64,000 bases of DNA from Burkholderiales bacterium (lineage in GTDB: Bacteria > Pseudomonadota > Gammaproteobacteria > Burkholderiales > SG8-39): NCBI GenBank assembly GCA_035499735.1, contig DATJYC010000051.1, positions 131,667 to 195,666 on the forward strand. Reading direction: 5' to 3'. The notes under the pieces are model-generated. The model was not told where the DNA came from. It made no database searches and worked only from the letters and a program-made list of their open reading frames with translations. Below are positions 28,512-37,148 of this stretch, piece by piece. The position numbers were made by a program, and so were the translations under genes. The first letter of the stretch is position 1; every line of letters starts with the position of its first letter.

Positions 28512-30281
28512 TCAGGCCGGGGTCTCATCCTGCTCGAGCGCGAATTGGATCCGATAGAGTCTCGCGTAGACGCCGTTTCTGGCCAGCAACTCGGCGTGGT
28601 TTCCGGTCTCGACTATCCGTCCGCGTTGCAGTACCACGATGCGGTGGGCGTGCTCGATGGTCGAGAGCCGGTGCGCGATGACGATCGTCGTGCGCCCGCG
28701 CATCAGCTCGACGAGCGCTGCCTGCACATGGCGCTCCGATTCGCTGTCGAGCGCGGAAGTCGCCTCGTCGAGCAGCAGGATGGGCGCGTCCTTGAGCAAG
28801 GCACGCGCGATCGCGAGGCGCTGGCGCTGGCCTCCGGAAAGGCGCACGCCGTCCTCGCCGATCAGGGTGTCGAGGCCCTCCGGCATTTCACCTATGAAGT
28901 CGAGCGCGTGCGCGGCGCGCGCGGCGGCCTCGAGCTCGGCGCGCGAAGCGCCACCCGCCCTACCGTACGCGATGTTTGCCGCCACCGTGTCGTTGAACAG
29001 CGTGACGTCCTGTGACACCAGAGCGACGTTCGCGCGCAGGCTCGTCAACGTGATCTCCCTCGTGTCGATTCCGTCGATGAGGATGCGGCCGCCCGTCACG
29101 TTGTAGAACCGCGGCAGCAGGTTGACGAACGTCGTCTTGCCGCCGCCGGACGGGCCGACGAGCGCGATCGTTTCGCCGGGCTCGATGCTCACGCTCACCT
29201 CGTCCAGGGCCTCTCGTCCCGCCCCGGGGTAGGCGAACGATACGCCCTCGTATCGTATCCGCCCCCGTGCGCGCGGCAGAATGCGGCTGCCCGTATCCTG
29301 CTCCGGGCGCTCGTCAAGCAGCTCGAACACGCTCTCGGCGGAAGCGAGCCCGCGCTGCAGCGGCGCGCTCACCTCGGTGAGATGCTTGATCGGCGCCAGC
29401 AGCAGGAGCAGAGCGGTGAGGAACGAGACGAAGTCGCCCACCGTCAATTCGTTCGCGGCGGACTGCTGCAGCGCGAGGCTGATGATCACCGCGACGGCGA
29501 CGGACATGAAGATCTGCACGATCGGCGTTGTCCCGGAAGCGGCCACCATCTGCCGCATGTTGTAGCCGCGCTGCTTCTGGTTCGAGCGCTCGAAGCGGCG
29601 CACCTCGTAATCCTGCCCGCCGAAGATCTTCACCTCCCTGTGGCAATTGATCGTTTCCTGGGCGACGTGCATGAACTCGGCCTGCGCCCGCAAGCCTTCG
29701 CGACTCATGCGCCGCATGCGCTTGGAGAACACCTTCACCACGAATGCGACGCCGGGAGCGATGATGAAGGTGATGAGCGTGAGTCGCCAGTTGAGATACA
29801 CCAGCCACCCCAGCAGCCCCACGACGGTCAGACTGTCCTTCACGAGGGTGGTGAGCACGCCCGTCGCCGCGCTCGTCACGCCGGCGACCTCGTGCGTGAC
29901 TTTGGAAACGAGCACCGAGGAGTTGTTGTCGTCGTAATAGCGCGTCGGCAGCGTGAGCATCCGCGCGAACAAGGCGTTGCGAAGGTCCAGGACGACCTTG
30001 TTCGAAACCCATGCCAACGTGTACGAGCTGAGGAATCCGAGCACTCCGCGAACGGCGAAGATGCCGATGATGGCGAGCGGGACGAGGTACGCGTTCGTGT
30101 GGTTGCGCGCTACGAGGGTGACGTCCAGAAGCGGCTTCATCAGCGCCGGCAAGACCGGCTCGGTCGCCGCGGCGAGCGCCATCGTGGCTACGGACACGGC
30201 GAATACACGCCAATACGGGCGGACGTATCCCATGAGGCGCAGGTACAGCGCCCGGGACGATGGCGGCGAAGAAGAATTCAT
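28512..30281 (-). CDS. msbA: Lipid A export ABC transporter (permease/ATPase)
   Basis: 589-aa ORF with an N-terminal six-helix ABC exporter domain. It has Walker A GPSGGGKTT, the signature LSGGQRQRLAIARAL and Walker B ILLLDEATSALD. Its location within LPS-core genes supports the call. Confidence 0.9.
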   Translation of the reverse strand: MNSSSPPSSRALYLRLMGYVRPYWRVFAVSVATMALAAATEPVLPALMKPLLDVTLVARNHTNAYLVPLAIIGIFAVRGVLGFLSSYTLAWVSNKVVLDLRNALFARMLTLPTRYYDDNNSSVLVSKVTHEVAGVTSAATGVLTTLVKDSLTVVGLLGWLVYLNWRLTLITFIIAPGVAFVVKVFSKRMRRMSREGLRAQAEFMHVAQETINCHREVKIFGGQDYEVRRFERSNQKQRGYNMRQMVAASGTTPIVQIFMSVAVAVIISLALQQSAANELTVGDFVSFLTALLLLLAPIKHLTEVSAPLQRGLASAESVFELLDERPEQDTGSRILPRARGRIRYEGVSFAYPGAGREALDEVSVSIEPGETIALVGPSGGGKTTFVNLLPRFYNVTGGRILIDGIDTREITLTSLRANVALVSQDVTLFNDTVAANIAYGRAGGASRAELEAAARAAHALDFIGEMPEGLDTLIGEDGVRLSGGQRQRLAIARALLKDAPILLLDEATSALDSESERHVQAALVELMRGRTTIVIAHRLSTIEHAHRIVVLQRGRIVETGNHAELLARNGVYARLYRIQFALEQDETPA

Positions 30282-30329
30282 CGCGAACGGGCTTTCCTTC
30301 TCGGCTTACGCGCGAAAAACATGTTCAAA

Positions 30330-31469
30330 TTATAGCCTCTGGCCCTGCGGCGGCGGCTCCAGGTCGACATAGAGCGCCATCAGCTTTTGCGCCATGGCAT
30401 CGAGCCCGAAGCGTTCCGCGGTCTCCCGCGCACGCTTCCCCATGTCGCGCGCCCGCACGGAATCGAGCCTCTGCAGCGCATTCGCAAGGGAAGCTTCGTC
30501 CAGCGCATCGCAGACCATGCCGTTCTGGCCTTCGGCGACCAGCTCTGCCGCGCCGCACTGAATGGTGACGATGACGGGCAAGCCGCACGCCATGGCTTCC
30601 AGGGCTGCGTTCGGAAAAGGGTCATAGAGTGTCGGTAGAACGAATGCGTCCGCTGCACCATACCAAGGCCGCACGTCGTCCCGCCCGCCAAGAAAATGCA
30701 CCCGGTCGCCGATGCCAAGATCGCGCGCGAGCGTCTTCGCTCGCTCCTCCGCCCGGTCCTCTCCGACAACGACCAGATGCGCCCGAGCGCTCGCACCGCG
30801 CTGAAATGCGGGTAATAGACGGAACACGCCCTTGCGCTCGAAGCCGCTGCCCACGAATAGGTAGGTCAGCGCGCCCCCGGGAATGCCGAGTTCGCCGCGG
30901 GCCCGCGCCCGATGCATTTCGCGCAGGCGCGGATGGAAACTCTCGAGATCCACACCGTTGTAGACCACATGAAGCTTACTATCCGGAAGCCCGAATCTCG
31001 CCTGGATTTCCCTCTTTACCATGTGCGAATTGCAGATCACCGCTCGGAGCCGGGTGCTGCCGAACAGTCGCCGCTCTGCGGCGAGGACATAGCGGTGATA
31101 GGGATTGAGCGCCAAGCCGACCCGGGCGAGTGCTCCGAGTGCCGCGCGACGGTTGTCCAGCCACTGGGCGTGCACGCCGTCGCCGGCGCGATAGACGTCG
31201 CAACAGGCGATGCGCTCGTGCGATTGAACCAGATCGAAGGACCGGCGGCCGAGTTCCTTGCACACCGCCCTGGCGAAGCTCCAGTCCCGCCAGAGACGTC
31301 CGATGTAGAACGGATCGCAGCGAATGACTCTTCGAGGGTCACCCGTCCATTCGCGGGCCAGCACGGTCACGTCAACGCCCTCGGCGGACAGCGCGACGAC
31401 TGCTCGCTCGATGAAGCGCTCCGCGCCACCGTAGGCGTTGTAGCGCTGACGGACCAGCGCGAGATGCAT
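30330..31469 (-). CDS. GT4-family LPS core glycosyltransferase (WaaG-like)
   Basis: 379-aa ORF. MHLALVRQRYNAYGGAERFIERAVVAL resembles the WaaG/RfaG-type N-terminus. The C-terminus carries YDPFPNAALEAMACGLPVIVT. Confidence 0.75.
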   Translation of the reverse strand: MHLALVRQRYNAYGGAERFIERAVVALSAEGVDVTVLAREWTGDPRRVIRCDPFYIGRLWRDWSFARAVCKELGRRSFDLVQSHERIACCDVYRAGDGVHAQWLDNRRAALGALARVGLALNPYHRYVLAAERRLFGSTRLRAVICNSHMVKREIQARFGLPDSKLHVVYNGVDLESFHPRLREMHRARARGELGIPGGALTYLFVGSGFERKGVFRLLPAFQRGASARAHLVVVGEDRAEERAKTLARDLGIGDRVHFLGGRDDVRPWYGAADAFVLPTLYDPFPNAALEAMACGLPVIVTIQCGAAELVAEGQNGMVCDALDEASLANALQRLDSVRARDMGKRARETAERFGLDAMAQKLMALYVDLEPPPQGQRL

Positions 31470-31475
31470 GCCTCC

Positions 31476-32330
31476 TCAGCTCCGGGCCCGGTCGAGTCCC
31501 TCGCACAGGGCGCGAACACCCGCGAGCACGTGGGGACCCTGCGCGTGCAGCGCGTCCGGGTCGATTGCGAAGACTCTGCGATCGCGAACGGCCGGAACGG
31601 ACTGAAAGCCTTTCCAAGTAGAGAATGTGTCAGCTCCGAAGCCGGCCGTAACGATCGCTTCGGGCCGCGCTTCGAGGATCTGCTCCCGGGAAACCAGCGG
31701 GGTAAGTGTCTTTGCGGCGGCGAAGACATTCCGCCCGCCGCACAGGCCGAGAGCGTCGCTGATGAGATGCGAGCCGCTCACCGTAAGCATCGGCCGGTGC
31801 CAGATCTCGAGAAAGACCGCCACGGGACGCCTGCTCGCGTAGCGCTCGCGGAGACGTTCGACTTCCATCTCGAACCCCCTGGCGCGCGCCTCCGCCAGTT
31901 TCACGCTGTCCGCCAGCGCGCCGATCGCTCGGACGATACGGGGAATATCCGCGAACGATCGCACCTCGGTGACGAAGACCGGGATGCCGATGTGCTCCAG
32001 CTGATTCAGCTGCAGCGGTGAATTGCCGCTTTTCCAGCCGAGCACGAGATCCGGCCTCAATGCGACTAGACGTTCGATGTCGATGCGGCCCGCCGTGGCC
32101 ACGATGGGCAGGCGCTCCGCTTCGGCCGGATGGCGGCTGAAGCTCGAGACTCCAACGAGCTTGGCACCCCCCCCTGCGGCAAACGTCATCTCGGCCAAAT
32201 GGGGCGCGAGAGCGACTATGCGCTCCGCTGGCCTTCCGAGCGAGATCGTCACGCCGCGGTCATCGCGCAGGTCGAGGGCGAGGGCTTCGGCTGCCACGGC
32301 AACCAGCATCAGACCGACGAAGCGGATCAT
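31476..32330 (-). CDS. Periplasmic cobalamin-binding protein (BtuF-like, ABC substrate-binding)
   Basis: Track frame 31476..32489. The likely start is ATG 32330 (MIRFVGLMLVAVAAEALA, a signal peptide). RIVALAPHLAEMTFAAGGGAKLVGV and RPDLVLGW are typical of BtuF/TroA-like binding proteins. It forms an ATGA overlap with the upstream gene. Confidence 0.7.
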   Translation of the reverse strand: MIRFVGLMLVAVAAEALALDLRDDRGVTISLGRPAERIVALAPHLAEMTFAAGGGAKLVGVSSFSRHPAEAERLPIVATAGRIDIERLVALRPDLVLGWKSGNSPLQLNQLEHIGIPVFVTEVRSFADIPRIVRAIGALADSVKLAEARARGFEMEVERLRERYASRRPVAVFLEIWHRPMLTVSGSHLISDALGLCGGRNVFAAAKTLTPLVSREQILEARPEAIVTAGFGADTFSTWKGFQSVPAVRDRRVFAIDPDALHAQGPHVLAGVRALCEGLDRARS

Positions 32331-33418
32331 CGCGCGAAAAGCGAATCCACGGCACTCAAGGCAGCCTCCATCGGAAGCTGCGTGAGACACTCGCTCACCT
32401 TGCCGCCGCCGCACCCATCGTTCCCGCAGGGACGGCACGGGTGCTCGCCCGAGGCGACGATGCGATGCGGAACCCGCCACGGTGCCCATTCCAGCTCGCC
32501 GCTCGGACCGAAAAGCGCCACGGTCGGCGTCCGCACGGCCGCGGCGATGTGCATGGGCGCCGAGTCCACGCCGATGAACAGCTTCGCGCGAGCAGCGAGC
32601 GCCGCGAGCTGTTTGAGGGTGAGCTTGCCGGAAAAATCCGCGACCCGCTCACCGGTGCGCTCGCGGATCTCGGCGATCATCTCGAGCTCCTGCTGGTCGG
32701 GCGCTGCGGTGAGCGCGACCCGATCACCTCGCCGCAGCAGAGCATCGACCAGCGCGACCGCGCGCTCGGCCGGCCAGCACTTGAACTTCCATCGCGAACC
32801 GGGGTGGAAATGAATGAAGCCTCGCGTCGCAAGACCCTGTTCTGCCAGCATGGCTTCTACGCTGCGTTCCGCCTCCTCCCCCGGCACCAGCACCAGCCTG
32901 CGCTCGTCCTCACCCGGCTGGATACCGATCCGCCGGAGCGCATCGAGGTTGATCTCCACCCGGTGGCGCCTCGCGTGAGGAGGAAGCGGAAACAGATGTG
33001 AAAAGCTCCTTTTCCAGAGACGGGACTTCCTGGCGAAATTGGGGGCCACGGCGTAGCGAGCGCCCAGGATGCGCGCGAGCCAGGCTCCACGCGGATGCTC
33101 GGACAAGTGCACGAGCAGGTCGTAGCCCCGCGCGCGCAGCACCGAGTGGAGCCGCCACTCGTGAGCGACCCGCACACCCGCCCTGCGCTCTTTCCAGCCG
33201 CGGTCCACCACGTGGACCTGGGAGATGGCGGGGTGCAGGTCGAGCATGTCCCGGGTCTCGGCGTAGATGAGCGCGTCGACCTCGAGCGCAGGGGCATGGT
33301 TCTTCAGGACCGTGAACACGGGCGACGTGAGCAGTACGTCGCCATGGTGGCGCAGCTGGATCACCAGGGCGCGCTTGATCTCAGTCAGGTCGATCGCGTC
33401 GGCGGGGCCATATGGCAT
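32327..33418 (-). CDS. Family 9 glycosyltransferase (heptosyltransferase III-like)
   Basis: 363-aa ORF. ALVIQLRHHGDVLLTSPVFTVLKNHAP is the GT9 motif. The C-terminal CRPCGNDGCGGGKVSECL cysteine cluster is as recalled for heptosyltransferase III-type proteins. Confidence 0.8.
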   Translation of the reverse strand: MPYGPADAIDLTEIKRALVIQLRHHGDVLLTSPVFTVLKNHAPALEVDALIYAETRDMLDLHPAISQVHVVDRGWKERRAGVRVAHEWRLHSVLRARGYDLLVHLSEHPRGAWLARILGARYAVAPNFARKSRLWKRSFSHLFPLPPHARRHRVEINLDALRRIGIQPGEDERRLVLVPGEEAERSVEAMLAEQGLATRGFIHFHPGSRWKFKCWPAERAVALVDALLRRGDRVALTAAPDQQELEMIAEIRERTGERVADFSGKLTLKQLAALAARAKLFIGVDSAPMHIAAAVRTPTVALFGPSGELEWAPWRVPHRIVASGEHPCRPCGNDGCGGGKVSECLTQLPMEAALSAVDSLFAR

Positions 33419-33454
33419 GTCGCGAACATTAGCAGAGAAGCCCCCGGGCGACAG

Positions 33455-35461
33455 CTAGAAGCGATATTCGGCGCTCGCCAGGAAAGTCGTGTCCGCTTGG
33501 GGGTAGGCGTTGAATGCGGGTGAGTTTCGGCTCGCGATGGCGTAGCTGTAGTACAGCTTGTTCGTCAGATTGTTTATCGCAAGGCCGAGCGTGAGCCTGT
33601 CCACGGTGTGCGTGAATTTCACGTCGACGACGGCATACGCGGGCATGCGCGTCGGGAAAGTGTTGTCCGGATCGTTGTCGTAGTACTGCGTGCCGACGTA
33701 GCGTGCGACCGCGCTCACGCGCGTCTGGGGAGCGATCTGAAGAGTGGCGCCCGCGTTCACCTTGACCCTGGGGACGAGAGGAACCACCTTGCCGGCGATG
33801 TTGACGCCACCGATGACCCCCTCGCGGAATCGGGCGTCGGTCACGGAGATATTGCCGAAGAGGGAGACTGCGGAGGAGAGAACGGCGGAGGCGTCCAGCT
33901 CAACGCCTCTGCGGAGAGTAGGCGGCAAGTTGATGTTCGAGAAGGTCGGTACGTAGAAATAGATCTCGTTGTTGAGGTAGATCGCAAACGCGCTGGCACG
34001 CACTCGCGTCCCGCCGCTGCGGTATTCCGCGCCCAGCTCGTAGTCGTGCGAGGTTTGTGGATCGAGCAGTGTGACGATGGCGTCGAAGTTGGGGCCGCCA
34101 AACTGGGAATAGACCTCGTCGACGGTTGGAAGTCGAAAGCTCTGACCGGCCCGGCCATACACCGATGTCGCAGCAGCGAGGTCCTGGCGCAGCCCGATTT
34201 CCCAGGCGACCGGGTTGCTCGTCTTGCTCCCGCTCGCGTACGCCGCAGGGTTCACGGTGTCCTGCGCGGTCATCGTAGTGCGCTGCCAGCGCGCACCCAG
34301 GGTGAGCTTCGTTCCCCCTGCAAACGCCGAATTGTGCTGGGCGAAAATGGATCCCTCCCGCTGCGTGGCCGTGATGTGAGCGGAGGGATTCGTATCCAGC
34401 AGATCGCGGCTCGCGGCGCGGAGAGAGAGGTAGTCCCAGTAGTCGAGGTCGAGGCCCACCACGAGGCTGTGCTCGGTCCCGGATCCTCCGTAGGGGATCT
34501 TCAGTCGCGGAGTGAAGGACCAGGCGCTGGAATGCGTCTCCGTGAACGTATCGAATCCCCCGCCGCTGTAGTCCTTGAGGAACGAGGTTCGGGTGATATC
34601 GCGGTACCCCAGATCGGCCGCGATGCGCCCGGCGTCGAGCTCGTAGCCGCCCCCAAGGCTCGCGCGCACCCCGTCCCGCGTGGCGAAATCGTCCGGGGTG
34701 GAGGTGCCGCGTCGGTCGGCCAAGAGTTGGGTATCCGTGCGCGCGCCGGGCAGGCGCAGGCTCTGGCTGTCCCAGTCGACCAGCAGCCCGATGTCTCCCT
34801 TCGGCCCGAACAGGCGCACATTGCCGTCGGCGTTCTTCTGCTCGAGGCGGTTGTTCGCGCGATAGTTGTCCGAGGTGGTGTCGCTGGCAAACACGTTTAA
34901 TCCCGTGCTCTCGCCGGCAACCGTCGCGCCGGCCCGGACTTCATTGGTGTTGTAGGTTCCCGTCGACCCGGCGACAGTCGCCGCCTTTGCGCCCCCCGGC
35001 GGGGTCTTGGTGATGATGTTGATGGTTCCCCCGGTTGCCCCGCCGCCGTAGAGCACCGAGCCGGAGCCACGAAGGATTTCTATGCGCTCGATGCTGTCCA
35101 GGGGAATCGCCGACCAGCCTATGGTGGTGAGCTCGATCTCGTTGAGCCGCTGCCCGTTCAGCAGCACGAGGGTGTTTTGGTCCCCGGTGATCCCGAAGCC
35201 GCGCAGATCGATCTGTGAATCCGGTCCGCCGGTGTTGTCCCGCGTCACGATCCCCGCTTCCTGGGACAGCAGCTGCGGCAGGGTCTTGACCGCGCTCTCC
35301 GCGATCTGATTGGCGGTGATGACGGTCATCCCGATGGGAGCATCGAGGCGCAACTCGGGGAAACGGGTAGCCGTGACTACCACCGCATCTCCGCCAGGGC
35401 TCTGCGCAAGCGCATGTGAGACGAGCGCCCACGCGAGGGTGGCGATGGTGTGGCGTTTCAA
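33455..35461 (-). CDS. TonB-dependent outer-membrane receptor (BtuB-like, inferred from riboswitch)
   Basis: 668-aa ORF with a TTG start and a signal peptide. It has the TonB box-like DAVVVTATR, a plug domain and a C-terminal aromatic terminus AEYRF. A cobalamin riboswitch lies immediately upstream. Confidence 0.85.
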   Translation of the reverse strand: MKRHTIATLAWALVSHALAQSPGGDAVVVTATRFPELRLDAPIGMTVITANQIAESAVKTLPQLLSQEAGIVTRDNTGGPDSQIDLRGFGITGDQNTLVLLNGQRLNEIELTTIGWSAIPLDSIERIEILRGSGSVLYGGGATGGTINIITKTPPGGAKAATVAGSTGTYNTNEVRAGATVAGESTGLNVFASDTTSDNYRANNRLEQKNADGNVRLFGPKGDIGLLVDWDSQSLRLPGARTDTQLLADRRGTSTPDDFATRDGVRASLGGGYELDAGRIAADLGYRDITRTSFLKDYSGGGFDTFTETHSSAWSFTPRLKIPYGGSGTEHSLVVGLDLDYWDYLSLRAASRDLLDTNPSAHITATQREGSIFAQHNSAFAGGTKLTLGARWQRTTMTAQDTVNPAAYASGSKTSNPVAWEIGLRQDLAAATSVYGRAGQSFRLPTVDEVYSQFGGPNFDAIVTLLDPQTSHDYELGAEYRSGGTRVRASAFAIYLNNEIYFYVPTFSNINLPPTLRRGVELDASAVLSSAVSLFGNISVTDARFREGVIGGVNIAGKVVPLVPRVKVNAGATLQIAPQTRVSAVARYVGTQYYDNDPDNTFPTRMPAYAVVDVKFTHTVDRLTLGLAINNLTNKLYYSYAIASRNSPAFNAYPQADTTFLASAEYRF

Positions 35462-35554
35462 GATTTCCTCCCCGGACGGCGTCCCCGCGGGCTGAAATTC
35501 GCTTCACGAGAAGGGAATGCAGGCGGCGTCCGGCTGATACCGCGCCCCGCGGCA

Positions 35555-35755
35555 TTTCCCACCTTCGTCGGGGCCGGTCTCCGGGCTCGTGGGATCGGAC
35601 GCATCGCCTTCCCGCGGGGCGTAGCGCCGCAGTGGCTGGTTGATGCGCCCGCGCGCACTTACCGTTGCGGGGGCAGCAGAGGCATTGGCAGCCTCTTGCG
35701 CTGCCGCACCTCTTTCCCGTTTCACCCCGGCGCTCGAACGCGCCGGGACACCTCG
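35555..35755 (-). promoter_or_regulatory. Cobalamin (B12) riboswitch
   Basis: Read on the minus strand, the region contains GGTGAAACGGGAAAGAGGTG, GCTGCCCCCGCAACGGTAA, the B12 box GCCACTG (plus-strand cagtggc at 35630-35636), GGGAAGGC and AGCCCGGAGACCGGCC. Order and spacing match the conserved cobalamin riboswitch core. The expression platform runs to the TTG start at 35461. Confidence 0.8.
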
Positions 35756-35873
35756 AACGAGCGCGTTGATTGTACAACACAAGTCTTTGAAATCGACCCG
35801 GTAACCGAGATGGGAATCTACATTGAAAACGGAGCCTTACACCTTGACTTAACAGGATTTTCCAAACTATAGT

Positions 35874-36071
35874 GTGGCGATGGACGCGGAACTGGCAACC
35901 CTTGAGGAAAAGATCCGGCAAGCGGCGCGGCTTTGCCAGCGGCTGCGCGACGAGAACCGGGGATTGCGCCAGCAGCTGGCAGCATTGCAAGGCGACAAGC
36001 GCCAGCTATCGGAGAAGATCGACGGAGCACGCAACAAGCTTGAGACCCTTCTCAAGCAGATTCCCGAATAG
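35874..36071 (+). CDS. Small coiled-coil protein (TIGR02449-like / ZapB-like) preceding zapA
   Basis: 65-aa ORF with heptad-rich sequence (LEEKIRQAARLCQRLRDENRGLRQQLAALQ). A gene of this size and type directly upstream of zapA is a conserved arrangement, as recalled for beta/gammaproteobacteria. Confidence 0.6.
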   Translation: MAMDAELATLEEKIRQAARLCQRLRDENRGLRQQLAALQGDKRQLSEKIDGARNKLETLLKQIPE

Positions 36072-36080
36072 ACGCGTCGG

Positions 36081-36380
36081 ATGAACCAGAAATCCAAGAC
36101 CCTTGATGTCACCATCATGGGCCGAACCTACAAGGTTGCCTGTTCCGACGAGGAGAGGAATGCCTTGCTTGCGGCGGTGGCCTATCTTGACCGCAAGATG
36201 ACGGAGATAAAGAACGCAGGCCGCGTGGCGAGCGCCGAGCGCATCGCCGTCATGGCCGCGCTCAACATCGCGCACGAGCTGCTCAGCTCGCGGAGCAACG
36301 CGAGCGGTTTTGACATGGAAGGCCTCAGGCGTAGAATGGCCGCGATGGAGGCGACGCTCGACCAAGCTCTCGCTCCTTGA
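36081..36380 (+). CDS. zapA: Cell division protein ZapA
   Basis: 99-aa ORF. VTIMGRTYKVACSDEERNALLAAVAYLDRKMTEI and AVMAALNIAHELL are typical of ZapA. Confidence 0.85.
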   Translation: MNQKSKTLDVTIMGRTYKVACSDEERNALLAAVAYLDRKMTEIKNAGRVASAERIAVMAALNIAHELLSSRSNASGFDMEGLRRRMAAMEATLDQALAP

Positions 36381-36389
36381 GATGCGGTG

Positions 36390-36612
36390 GACGGGCCGGG
36401 TGGCGCCAGACGAATTGTCCCCTGTGGTGTACGCCAAGACCCGGAAAATTCTTGAACCAACAGATTGGTATAGGTTGCGGACCCAGCGTCACTGTTGTGC
36501 GCGTCCCTAGTCGGATGTACCTGATGTGACCGGAAAGCGACCATCTTGGACCGAAAAGGTTCAGGAATCGGCTCTAGCGGCGCCGACGGGGGACTCCGAC
36601 ATTCGATAAGCA
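36390..36612 (+). ncRNA. ssrS: 6S RNA (boundaries approximate)
   Basis: ORF-free region directly after zapA, the conserved ssrS position. The 5' arm GTCCCC (36417-36422) pairs with the 3' arm GGGGAC (36589-36594). The internal hairpin CTTGGACCGAAAAGGTTCAGG resembles the E. coli 6S CUUGAACCAAGGGUUCAAGG segment. Confidence 0.7.
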
Positions 36613-36628
36613 GGAGCGGCAGATGAGA

Positions 36629-36657
36629 ACGCAGGCATAGGCCTGCGTTTTCGTTTT
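36629..36657 (+). terminator. Rho-independent terminator
   Basis: Perfect 8-bp stem ACGCAGGC / GCCTGCGT (36629-36636 and 36641-36648) with loop ATAG, followed by TTTCGTTTT. Confidence 0.6.
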
Positions 36658-36679
36658 GGACTTCCAGCGGAATTCCGCC

Positions 36680-37144
36680 ATGTCATTCTGGTTGATGAAA
36701 TCCGAGCCGGACGAGTTCAGCATAGACGATCTGGCCGCCGCTCCGCACAGGACCACGGCCTGGTTCGGCGTTCGCAACTATCAGGCTCGCAACTTCATGC
36801 TGAAGGAAATGCGGGTCGGCGAGAAGGCTTTCTTCTACCATTCAAGCTGTCCCGAGCCTGGCATCGCCGGCATCGTCGAGATTGCATCCGCCGCGTATCC
36901 CGACGCGAGCCAGTTCGACCGGAAGAGCCCCTACTACGACTCCGAGTCGAAGCGCGAGTCCCCACGCTGGTTCAACGTCGACGTCCAGTTCGTGAGGAAA
37001 ACTCGCCTGGTCGCTCTTGCCGAGCTGCGCGGCCACCGCGAGCTGTCCGGGATGCGAACACTCGCGCGCGGCAACAGGCTGTCGATCACGCCCGTGAGTG
37101 CGGGCGAGTGGAAATTCATCACCTGGGAGCTCATGAAGCTCTGA
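36680..37144 (+). CDS. EVE domain-containing protein
   Basis: Track frame starts at 36656. The likely start is ATG 36680, giving [18 protein letters not shown], which with [11 protein letters not shown] and FFYHS is typical of EVE (PUA-like) domain proteins. Confidence 0.8.
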   Translation: MSFWLMKSEPDEFSIDDLAAAPHRTTAWFGVRNYQARNFMLKEMRVGEKAFFYHSSCPEPGIAGIVEIASAAYPDASQFDRKSPYYDSESKRESPRWFNVDVQFVRKTRLVALAELRGHRELSGMRTLARGNRLSITPVSAGEWKFITWELMKL

Positions 37145-37148
37145 CGCC

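Noticed and set aside
35462-35800. Several 60-140-aa ORFs overlapping the btuB leader on both strands
   Set aside because: The region is explained by the cobalamin riboswitch. The ORFs are Arg/Pro/Gly-rich.
36006-36544. Antisense ORFs (143 aa and 120 aa) across zapA and the 6S RNA region
   Set aside because: They have no motifs. The plus strand has a clear ZapA and an RNA-like structured region.
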